Assembly: GCA_963675525.2 (NCBI GenBank)
Contig: CAXXSL010000016.1
Span: 448,001-512,000, forward strand
Direction of reading: 5' to 3'
DNA length: 64,000 nucleotides
Origin: Anaerohalosphaeraceae bacterium
GTDB lineage: Bacteria > Planctomycetota > Phycisphaerae > Sedimentisphaerales > Anaerohalosphaeraceae
The notes below the pieces were generated by a model. The model did no database searches. It saw only the letters and a list, made by a program, of their open reading frames with translations, and was not told where the DNA came from. The translations under genes were made by a program, and so were the position numbers. Within the stretch, counting starts at the first letter, position 1. Each line of letters starts with the position of its first letter. This document shows, one piece after another, positions 30,251 to 38,718 of the stretch.

Positions 30251-31485
30251 TCATTCGCCTGACTTTTTGGGTTTTGGTTTTCCACGCCGGAAGTTTTTGC
30301 GTCGGGCCGCCGCCCGGGCGTTTGCCGCGAGCCGAAGACCCGGAATAGCTTTTCTTGCCGGACGGCTTTGATCAAATCCGGTTCAGGGCCGATCCACTGA
30401 GGAATAATCCGGTTGGCCCGCAGGATGTGTTTGAGTTTGCCGATATCACGACCGCTGAAAAAGGTTATCGCTTTTCCCTCGCGGCCCATGCGGGCGGTGC
30501 GCCCCGTTCGGTGCGTGTAAGCCTCCGGATTTTGCGGCAGGTCATAATTGATCACATGCGAGGCATGCGAAAAATCCAGCCCGCGCGAGGCGATATCCGT
30601 TGCCACGAGATATTGAATGTCCAGCTTTTTAAACCGCCGGAACAAACTGGTGCGTTTGCTCTGTTCCATACCGCCGTGAATCTGCTCGACGGATTTGAGT
30701 TCCTTCTTCAAATGGTCATAGAGCTTTTCGCAGTTTGTCCGGCTGGAGCAAAACAGAATCGCCTGTTTGGGCTTTTCGGTTTTGATCAATTCGAGCATTT
30801 TTTCAAATCGCTGGTGCGGCTTGATTTCTTCGAAATAATGACTTAGCGACTGCGGCGCTTTCTGGTCGGAAATCAGTTCGATCATTACCGCATCGTCGAG
30901 GTATTTTTTGGAAAGCTGCTTGATTTCGTTGGGCATCGTCGCGCTGAACAGCATGGTGTGATGTTCATGAACCATGCAGGAAAACACGAATTCGATATCC
31001 GGCAGAAATCCCTGGTTGAGCATTTCGTCGGCTTCGTCCAGCACGAAATAGCGAACTTCCGCCAGCCGCAGCGGTGAATTGTACAGCAGGTCGATCAGCC
31101 GTCCCGGCGTGGCAACCAGAATCTGCACGCCGTGATTGAGTTTGCTTTTTTGGATATCCATCGAAAAACCGCCATAGACGGCGAAGGCATCGACGCCGGT
31201 TTCTTTGGCGATCCAGGCAATTTCATCGACATACTGCAGGGCCAGTTCGCGGGTGGGTACGAGAATCAGGGCCTGAACCTCTTTGATGTCCGGGTCCACA
31301 GACTGGACGACGGGGATTCCGCAGGCGGCCGTCTTGCCGGAGCCGGTTTCGGCCAGCGCGATTAAATCCCTGCCCGACAGAACGTGCGGGAAAGTCTGCT
31401 CCTGAATCGGCGTCAGGTCGTCATAGCCCTTTTTGACCAGGGCCCTCATAATCCCCGGTTTTAAGTCTAATTCCGTAAATTTCAC
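30251..31485 (-). CDS. DEAD-box RNA helicase (reads into gmhA in this sequence; true stop probably TGA 30251-30253)
   Basis: TPIQ, AETGSGKT, PTRELA, TPGR, DEAD, SAT, HRTGRTAR motifs. Confidence 0.93.
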
Positions 31486-31614
31486 GCAAAATCCGTTTCT
31501 GTACCGGTCCTGTTAGACGCTCTTTGGGTCATTAATTCCATCTTTGGCTTTCATAAAGGGGTGATTATATCCGGTAAACAACCCGTTGTATAGGAAATTC
31601 TTTCCCGCCCTCCT

Positions 31615-31699
31615 TGTCCTCCGGCTTGTCTTGTCATAGCAATGTCATCCCCGCGCAGGCGGGGATCCAGCGACGACAGAAGCTTTAGCGAAGGAGGAT
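31615..31699. repeat. Nested REP-like palindromes including GTCATCCCCGCGCAGGCGGGGATCCAG (31644-31670)
   Basis: Hairpin ccccgc-gcag-gcgggg within cttgtc...gacgacag and tcctcc...ggagga arms; a related copy lies at 55561-55587. Confidence 0.7.
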
Positions 31700-31738
31700 G
31701 ACTTTCCGCCTGAGATCGGAACGCGCCCCTCTCGCCTT

Positions 31739-32764
31739 CTAATTTTTTTTGTCTTTTTTCGGACGGGACGGAAGTTGCTTGATCGTTTTATCAAAATCAC
31801 TTACTTGGCTGTCCGACCATTCGATGCGACTTTGGTTGAATTTATCATATTCGCTTTCGGCAAATACCTTCGCCATCTCATGCGAAATTGCCCCGGCGTC
31901 ATTCAATATATCCCGGTCGTTTAACGACAAAAATCCGTGAAGCTTGTCAATCCAATCTTTCATGTACATCGCAATCCGGCGCATCGCCTGACCTTCCGCA
32001 AAAATCAGATATTGCTCGACCAGGTTATTCAGTGCGGAAAGCTCATCCTTATTCAGATAATTTTTAGCGATGACGACATCAGCTTTGCGTACTTTCTCGC
32101 CCCGCCAATTCGTCAGCCCCATATTGGCCTTGTCGGCATCGGCCCGCTTGTGGACAATTTCCGCGGCCGTCATACCGGTAATCGCCCAATGCAGCTTGTT
32201 CTGAACCGTCTTGAAAAAAGTCAGACTGAGTTCATCGGTCGGGTCATAATCGACACTGGTAGCATAGATGTCCGTGATTTTCTGATAGAACCGCCGCTCG
32301 GACGTTCGGATATCCTGAATCCGGCGGAGCAATTCATCAAAATAGTCAAACGGATGGTCGGGGTTTTTCAGCCGTTCGTCGTCCAGAACAAACCCCTTGA
32401 CGATATACTCCCGCAATCGCTGCGTCGCCCACTGCCGGAAATGCGTGGCAATCTGGGATTTAATCCGGTAACCAACCGAAATGATCATATCCAGATTATA
32501 ATGTTTTGTTTTGTAGTTTTTACCATCCGCAGCAGTTGTCAAGTATTCCTTGACAACTGAATTTTCGCCAAGTTCGCCCTCTTCATAAATGTTTTGTATA
32601 TGGAGACTTATGTTTTGCTTTGTCGTCTGATAAAGCCGCGCCAAATCCGCCTGCGACAGCCACAGCGTCTCCCCTTCAAGCCGAACCTCAAGCTTCGTCT
32701 GTCCGCCCTCAGTCTGATAAATCAAAATCCCGCCGCCCCGCGGCACAAGCTCATTTTTACTCAT
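31739..32764 (-). CDS. rhuM: Virulence RhuM family DNA-binding protein
   Basis: ETLWLSQ..LA.LY, HYNLDMIISVGYRIKS..AT.FRQWAT..LREYIVKGF.LDDERLK, DIRTSERRFYQKITD. Confidence 0.93.
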   Translation of the reverse strand: MSKNELVPRGGGILIYQTEGGQTKLEVRLEGETLWLSQADLARLYQTTKQNISLHIQNIYEEGELGENSVVKEYLTTAADGKNYKTKHYNLDMIISVGYRIKSQIATHFRQWATQRLREYIVKGFVLDDERLKNPDHPFDYFDELLRRIQDIRTSERRFYQKITDIYATSVDYDPTDELSLTFFKTVQNKLHWAITGMTAAEIVHKRADADKANMGLTNWRGEKVRKADVVIAKNYLNKDELSALNNLVEQYLIFAEGQAMRRIAMYMKDWIDKLHGFLSLNDRDILNDAGAISHEMAKVFAESEYDKFNQSRIEWSDSQVSDFDKTIKQLPSRPKKDKKN

Positions 32765-32778
32765 TCGTTAAATCTCCT

Positions 32779-32803
32779 GGGAACGCGGGCGTCTCGCCCG
32801 CAG
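32779..32803 (+). repeat. REP-like palindrome
   Basis: ggaacgcgggcg-tct-cgcccgc hairpin. Confidence 0.6.
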
Positions 32804-33034
32804 TTAAAACAGAAAAATTCCATCCCATTATACATTAATCATCCATCAATAACCAATTGCCTCATCTCTTCTTAAATCTCAATTCCTGAAATCTGAAATC
32901 AAAAATTGTAACTGTCCACCCTATCCACAACGTCCATTCAGTCCATCACCATTTGTCCTCTATGTCCTATTCGTCCCACCGGTCCAACTCGTCTATTTTG
33001 CCCGTGTCTATTCGATGTTTTACCTGATCTCTTT

Positions 33035-33676
33035 TTAAAATTTTATGGTTTTTGCAGCAAGATAATATGCTGTCACAATTCCAAGAATAAAGAAGAAAAC
33101 TTCAATCCCGTTAAAGCTCCTGATAAAATTCTCTTTTTGTATAGAGCCTATAAAAGCATCTATTGTTGTCTCCATTTGTTGATGAACACGTACCCGACAT
33201 GCCTCTTTTTCTGCTGGTGCCATTAAATCCCACTTAGCTCTAGCCTGTTGCACCAGTTCTTCCGAATGCTCGGTTTCTACATCAATAGTTTTATCAAGGA
33301 GGCTAAAGGTATAGAAAACCGAGTGCCCCTGTTCTTGAGATTCCTCAAAAATCTCATCAGCCAGCCGCAAAATCATATACTCGTCCTTCATGATCTGATG
33401 AGCTAAATCCTGCTTTGCGGTTTTACTTGCTCGGAAAAGAGATAATTCAACCGGGATATATTTACCTGCTGAAATCGACAGAATCGATATCACTACAGCA
33501 ATTAAGCCCATTCTCCGACCTCCTTTACTCCCCCATGCAACAGCCGCCCCAACACCCGCTCCAATAGCACAGGCCATCCAACTAATCTCATAACACGTAT
33601 AGAAGACAAGCACGCCTCCCAAAATTGCCCCGATGATTCCAACTACAATCCCCGCTACCAGCCCTTTTTGTCTCAT
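33035..33676 (-). CDS. Hypothetical membrane protein
   Basis: Three N-terminal Gly-rich TMs and one C-terminal TM; GAGG RBS; visibly AT-richer than the flanks. Confidence 0.75.
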   Translation of the reverse strand: MRQKGLVAGIVVGIIGAILGGVLVFYTCYEISWMACAIGAGVGAAVAWGSKGGRRMGLIAVVISILSISAGKYIPVELSLFRASKTAKQDLAHQIMKDEYMILRLADEIFEESQEQGHSVFYTFSLLDKTIDVETEHSEELVQQARAKWDLMAPAEKEACRVRVHQQMETTIDAFIGSIQKENFIRSFNGIEVFFFILGIVTAYYLAAKTIKF

Positions 33677-34031
33677 TCGTATGCCTCTGTTTTAATACTT
33701 GATCTATCCCCGTCCATCCTGCCCACTTCGTCCAGACAGAACTAAAAGAGTCAGACACTTTTTCGGCATCTCTCTATTGTATTCATGTTATTTCTCCTCA
33801 TTTTCGCCCCTGTCAATTTCTCTTGCCAACACATCGCATCGCCCACCGCCTCCGGCTCCCCTCCGCAATTTTGATATTTGCTTTTTAATCTTTAATATGT
33901 CTTTAAATTATACCCCCCACACCGAAATAGGCAATAACTAACCAAAAATACCAATTTCCCTGTTTTTCAATCGAAAACCTGTCCTGAGCCGCGCCGAATG
34001 GATTGAACGTGGAAAATTGAAAATTATTTGT

Positions 34032-34066
34032 TTGACATTTATCTAACTTGTGGTATAATACCACAA
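34032..34066 (+). promoter_or_regulatory. Consensus sigma70 promoter with overlapping palindromic operator
   Basis: TTGACA (34032-37), 16 nt, TGnTATAAT (-10 at 34054-59); perfect inverted repeat TTGTGGTAT-A-ATACCACAA (34048-66). Confidence 0.75.
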
Positions 34067-34357
34067 AATTGAATAGGTTGATCTTTTAACAATTGAATTA
34101 GAGTGCGAACGCCCCGCGTCGCCCGCTCCGCCCTGAGCAAAGTCGAAGGGGCCCAGCAGCCAACCCAATGTCATTCCGTGTCTTCAGTGGTTATTATTCA
34201 CCTTAAATTAATGAAATCTGTGCCCTCTGTGGACAAGTAAAAAACGCAAAACGAACCCAATGTACAGCCGTCATTCTGAGCCGAAGGCGAAGAATCTCCC
34301 ATTCTTGTATTCCTTCTTTTAAAAATCGGTGAAATCTGTGCAATCGGTGGTTTCATA

Positions 34358-34441
34358 CTGGCAAACTTTGGCGCATTTGTGGCAAACTTTGGCGCCGTTT
34401 GGGCGCACTTTGGCGCATCTTTGGACACGTTTGGTGTCATG
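34358..34441 (+). repeat. Four degenerate 21-nt tandem repeats
   Basis: ctggcaaactttggcgcattt / gtggcaaactttggcgccgtt / tgggcgcactttggcgcatct / ttggacacgtttggtgtcatg. Confidence 0.85.
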
Positions 34442-34493
34442 AAAACCCACAAAAACCGCATTTTTGAACTAAAAACGCGGACTGTCCCCGATT

Positions 34494-35633
34494 TCACCCA
34501 CCATTACAGGCGTCGATGGGGTCGAGATTGCAGGCCAGCCAGTTTTCGGCGATGTTTAGAAAATCGGTCAGGTTGACCCGGCAATCGCCGTTGGTGTCGC
34601 CGGGCAGCGGAGTTGGACAATCGGCAATGTCGACGGGGTCGAGGTAGACGGCGTAGATATTGGAAGTCCCTGATCGCATATCTTCCCAGACCACGGTATC
34701 ACCGCTGATGGCGGGGTTGATCTGGTCGGCGGGGTCGGCAGTGATGCGGAATTCTTTTTGGGTGATGAGATTGTAGCCGTAGATGTCCCAATGGCCGTTG
34801 CGGTTGTCCTGCCAAACGACGATATGGCCGGAAATGTCGGGGTTTTCTTCGGAGGAGGCTAACTGACTGATGGGGATCGTGACATAAACGCGCGGGTCCG
34901 AATAGTCGATCGCCAGGATATCATAATCGGTTCCGTCGCCTGAAAAATCGCGTTGATAGACGATATAATTTCGGTCGACAGCGGGCGCGGTCTCGTCTTC
35001 GGCCTCGTAAACCGGAGACTGGTAGGTGGGGGCATTTTTGAGCCATGCATCGGCGGCGATAATATCCCAGTCTCCATAATAATCGTCCTGATAGACAATG
35101 GTGTTTCGGAAAACGGCCGGAGCCGCTTGGTTATTATCATAGGTATCCAGTGCAAAGACATAAGGGTTGGCCGGGTCGGCAATATCGGCGGCATACAGGT
35201 CGCTGTTGCCGGGATTGTAGTCATCCTGCCAGACAGCCAGATCGCCGTGAATCGCCGGGACGGTCTGGTCACCGTCAAAATCATCCAGTACATAATCCTG
35301 CGGCACATTCGCGTCGGCAATATCGGCCATGTTGATGTTCCAGTCGCCATTGGTTGTATCATTGTCCTGCCAGACAACGCGGTCGCCCCAGACGGCAGGG
35401 TTGATCTGGTCGGCGGGGAATTGGGCGACGGCTATCGGAACCGGCGCATTGTTGTCATCCAGGTCACGCCCGTAGATATCCCAGCTATTGGCGCCGGCGT
35501 TCTGCTGCCAGACGATAATCAAGCCATCGATGTCCGGGGCTTGCTGGACCTGATCGGACAGGTACACCGGAAATTCCTGAGCCGCAACAGCGGACAGACT
35601 ACAAACGATCAGACAAAGATAGAAACACTTCAT
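34494..35633 (-). CDS. Secreted beta-propeller repeat protein with C-terminal dockerin-like motif
   Basis: Signal peptide; repeated Q..PAI.G..VVWQD......WDIY blades; GDTNGDCRVNLTDFLNIAENWL. Confidence 0.85.
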   Translation of the reverse strand: MKCFYLCLIVCSLSAVAAQEFPVYLSDQVQQAPDIDGLIIVWQQNAGANSWDIYGRDLDDNNAPVPIAVAQFPADQINPAVWGDRVVWQDNDTTNGDWNINMADIADANVPQDYVLDDFDGDQTVPAIHGDLAVWQDDYNPGNSDLYAADIADPANPYVFALDTYDNNQAAPAVFRNTIVYQDDYYGDWDIIAADAWLKNAPTYQSPVYEAEDETAPAVDRNYIVYQRDFSGDGTDYDILAIDYSDPRVYVTIPISQLASSEENPDISGHIVVWQDNRNGHWDIYGYNLITQKEFRITADPADQINPAISGDTVVWEDMRSGTSNIYAVYLDPVDIADCPTPLPGDTNGDCRVNLTDFLNIAENWLACNLDPIDACNGG

Positions 35634-35700
35634 GGTTGGCTCCTTAGCTTAAAACAGCGTGCCCGCACGATCACGGACACGCTGCGTTGTGATGACATGA

Positions 35701-37854
35701 TTAATTTGCTTCGGCTTCCAGTTGTGCTGCCAACTCAAGCAGTTTGCCCGCGGCTATTTCGTTGGCCGGATCTTTGGCAGCTTGCATCAGCGGCATGTGG
35801 GCCTTTTCGAGATCGCCAAGTCCGAGATATTGATAGCCAAGCAGCAGTTGATAGTCAGAAGCAAACGGCTCTTTATCAACGGCAATACGGAGTTGATCGA
35901 TTTGACCGGTCAACACCTTTTCGTCTTCATACAGCCCGCGCGGATAGTAGATCGTCAGTTCGTCTTCGGGGATGTTCAGCATGGCCGTTCGCAGAACCGA
36001 TGCGGCATGGGCATAGTCGCCTTCGGCAAACAGGGCCTGGCTGTAGGTAAACGGCAGGATGACATCATCGGGCGACAAGGTAACCGCCTCGCGGAACTGT
36101 TCGACGGCAACATCATAGCTGCCCGCCGCAAAGAGCGTCACGGCATGATCGAAGCACAAATCGGCGGCCGTCTGGAACTGCGGCTCATCGACGGGATCTT
36201 CCTTCGGATTGCCGAGGGTGTAATACGGCTGACTGGAACTGGAGAAACCGTAACCGGTGGTGTCTGTGTTGTAATAGTTGTACGTGTTATAGGTCACATT
36301 ACGGGAGGGTTCATAAATGACACGGGAACCATACCAGTAATGGGGATGACAGCCGTACCAGTAGTAGCGCCGATAGCGGTAACTATGGGGCCAGTATCCG
36401 CCGATGCTGACGAAGACATATTTACGGTGGTAGTTGGGATAGTAATAGGAAATCCCATAGGATGGGCTGCCGTAATAAACGCTGGAGTAATAATACGGCA
36501 GGCAAACCGCAACACCGTAACTGGACGACGACCAGCCGAAGTAGAAGCTGCTGCCGTGATTGACCCAGTGGCGGTCACGGCGTATATGGCTGACATCCCT
36601 GAACAAGTGCCGCGAAATATACGGGCGCGGACGATACCGTGTGGCAGCACCCTGCACAATCACACGATTGTCATTGTTGATAATGATTTGACTGGACGAT
36701 GAGCTTTTGCGCGGTCTGCTATTGTGTCCGCTTGTTCGTCTGCCGGAGCGAGAAAGATTTTGCCGTACGTCAACGGTGGAAGCGGCGCGTGTTGTCGTGA
36801 CAGAAGACAACTGCTTGCCGGTTCGGCCGGATGCGGGCCGTTGGGCAGGTCGGCGAGATGATTTGTTATTGATATCCCCAACGACAATCCGCTTGGGTTC
36901 AGCCTTAATATCGTTAACCGTAACACGGACCGGTTCGGCGTTTTTCTGACGATCCTCTCGTGAACCCGTGCGTTTCTGGACCGTTGTGGACGCTATTTGC
37001 GTTGTTTTTGTTCGGCTGCGCGACGTATCGGCCTTGCTGACCTGCGCAGGTTTTACAGAGGCAGGTTTAACTTCTCGAACCACCTTTGCTGTTTGAGTCT
37101 GACGTACAGTCGTCCGAGTTCGTTCGGGACGAACCGTTTCAACAACACGCCGGCGAGTATCTTTCGATTTCGCCGTTGTCGCCGGAGTTGCTTTGGGTTT
37201 TTCAGGAGCCTTCGATGTTACCACTGTTCGAGAAGCTCTTGTGGATTGAGATGTTGTTTGATTGGCCGACGTTGACGGAGCCGAAGATGTTTTTCGAGAG
37301 GAAACCGAAACCCGGCTTGACCGGCTGTTACTGGCGGGTGCTTTGTTCGTTTTTGCAGTGCTGACAACTTCCACCGTGCGATTAACCCGACGCGCGGGTG
37401 CGGCCGCTCTTTTTTGCGGTGCAGGCCGCGAAGCTGTTTTCGGAGCCGCTTGCTCGGAGGACTGTTGATTACTGGAACGCGTCGATCGGACCTGTTGGGT
37501 CGAAGGAGCGGACCGCGTCGACTGAGCCGGCTGCGCAGAACGGGTGTTGTTTCGAGTCGGTGCGGCCCGTTGAGGTGCGGCGGCGGGAGTTTGCTGTCGC
37601 TGGGGTCGGCTGCGGGTCTGGGATTCTGTCTGTCGTGGTTCGGACCGAGTTGGAGCCTTTGCTGAACGGGTCTGTGCCCTTGCCGGGGATGCGGAACGCT
37701 GAGAAACAGCAGCGGTTCTTTGCTCGGATTTTTCCTGGCCACGTCCTCGTCCTTCTGACCTCTCTCGGGCCGAAAATCCTATCCCGGACACGGTTACCAC
37801 AAGGAGGACTCCAATGAGGTAATGAAACCAAAATTTGTTATTGTACGTGTTCAT
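35701..37854 (-). CDS. Secreted protein: long basic low-complexity region, Tyr-rich region, C-terminal TPRs
   Basis: AAGGAG RBS, signal peptide, R/S/T/A-rich tract, Y/G/W-rich tract, TPR-like FAAGSYDVAVEQFREAVTLSPDD. Confidence 0.8.
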   Translation of the reverse strand: MNTYNNKFWFHYLIGVLLVVTVSGIGFSARERSEGRGRGQEKSEQRTAAVSQRSASPARAQTRSAKAPTRSEPRQTESQTRSRPQRQQTPAAAPQRAAPTRNNTRSAQPAQSTRSAPSTQQVRSTRSSNQQSSEQAAPKTASRPAPQKRAAAPARRVNRTVEVVSTAKTNKAPASNSRSSRVSVSSRKTSSAPSTSANQTTSQSTRASRTVVTSKAPEKPKATPATTAKSKDTRRRVVETVRPERTRTTVRQTQTAKVVREVKPASVKPAQVSKADTSRSRTKTTQIASTTVQKRTGSREDRQKNAEPVRVTVNDIKAEPKRIVVGDINNKSSRRPAQRPASGRTGKQLSSVTTTRAASTVDVRQNLSRSGRRTSGHNSRPRKSSSSSQIIINNDNRVIVQGAATRYRPRPYISRHLFRDVSHIRRDRHWVNHGSSFYFGWSSSSYGVAVCLPYYYSSVYYGSPSYGISYYYPNYHRKYVFVSIGGYWPHSYRYRRYYWYGCHPHYWYGSRVIYEPSRNVTYNTYNYYNTDTTGYGFSSSSQPYYTLGNPKEDPVDEPQFQTAADLCFDHAVTLFAAGSYDVAVEQFREAVTLSPDDVILPFTYSQALFAEGDYAHAASVLRTAMLNIPEDELTIYYPRGLYEDEKVLTGQIDQLRIAVDKEPFASDYQLLLGYQYLGLGDLEKAHMPLMQAAKDPANEIAAGKLLELAAQLEAEAN

Positions 37855-38002
37855 GGCACTCTCCTTTCTCTTGTCCGAGGCCGCTGTATTTTCCGCCCCG
37901 GTGTTTTCACACCTTGCAACGGCCCATGTTTACCTGTTGGACGTTCAGGTACTTCATTAAAGAGCAGGATCCTGCTATAGTAACTCGCTCAAAGCTTTTT
38001 GC

Positions 38003-38485
38003 TTATTTCGTATGAGACACTTTTTCAAAACCCAACATTTTATCAAGGAAGACTACGCCGCGTTGACACACATTGATCAGCATCTGTTTTTCTTCATCGG
38101 AAACATTCATCGCTTTGAAAAGAGCCTGAAATCGTTCGGTTCGCTGTTTCATGATTCCGCCAAGTTCGGCTTTTCCCTTTTCGGAAAGCTCGACCATGGT
38201 CACGCGCTGATTCTCAGGATTGATGGTCTTGGTGACCAGTCCACGTTTGCGCCACAGCTTCGTGATGGTCATTGAAATCGTGCTGTCGCTAACATTGGGC
38301 CAACAATCCGCAATCTGTGACACACTCATCGAGCCTTGGTCGGCCAATTGCTGTAAAATCAATGCCTCACGCTCGCTCAGTGCGCCTTCTGCGGCCTGGT
38401 CTTCCTGAATCGCACGAATCATCCGCATTCGAAGACTTAAATCCTGTATTGCCTTTTCAAGATCGGGTCCCATATTCTTCTCCAA
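38003..38485 (-). CDS. MarR family transcriptional regulator
   Basis: LSEREALIL..L...GSMSVSQIA...STIS..ITKL...GLV......NQR...VELSEKG. Confidence 0.88.
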   Translation of the reverse strand: MEKNMGPDLEKAIQDLSLRMRMIRAIQEDQAAEGALSEREALILQQLADQGSMSVSQIADCWPNVSDSTISMTITKLWRKRGLVTKTINPENQRVTMVELSEKGKAELGGIMKQRTERFQALFKAMNVSDEEKQMLINVCQRGVVFLDKMLGFEKVSHTK

Positions 38486-38718
38486 AGAGCATGTTCAAAA
38501 AACGTCTTTTCGTTTCTACTTATTTAGTATGCGCTAAAACTGTTTTGGTTTCAAACATTTTATTAAAAAAACACTTCATTTTTTGATGTATTTTAAGAGA
38601 GCTGCCTCGATTAAACGTTAACTTATTTTAAATAAAGAGCTTACATTAAATACAAACGCTCCCCTCCTGACGAAATATTTTACATAAACGACACAGAATA
38701 GGACTGTTTATTGTCCTT

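Noticed and set aside
29665..31485. Novel RNA helicase-phosphoheptose isomerase fusion protein
   Set aside because: Alternative frames restore a normal helicase tail and stop, and gmhA has its own RBS. Most likely an indel artefact.
34358..34441. CRISPR array
   Set aside because: Units are directly tandem with no unique spacers, they are degenerate, and no cas genes are present.
34198..34497. Minus-strand ORF with APKF repeats as the product of the repeat element
   Set aside because: The equivalent frame in the second copy is closed by an early stop, and the promoter points the other way.
34953..37831. Long plus-strand ORFs (34953-36050, 35722-36702 and others)
   Set aside because: Antisense shadows of well-supported minus-strand genes, with no recognisable motifs.
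37860..37990. Known riboswitch upstream of the TPR gene
   Set aside because: A branched stem is present but I could not match it to any riboswitch consensus. An Rfam scan would be needed.
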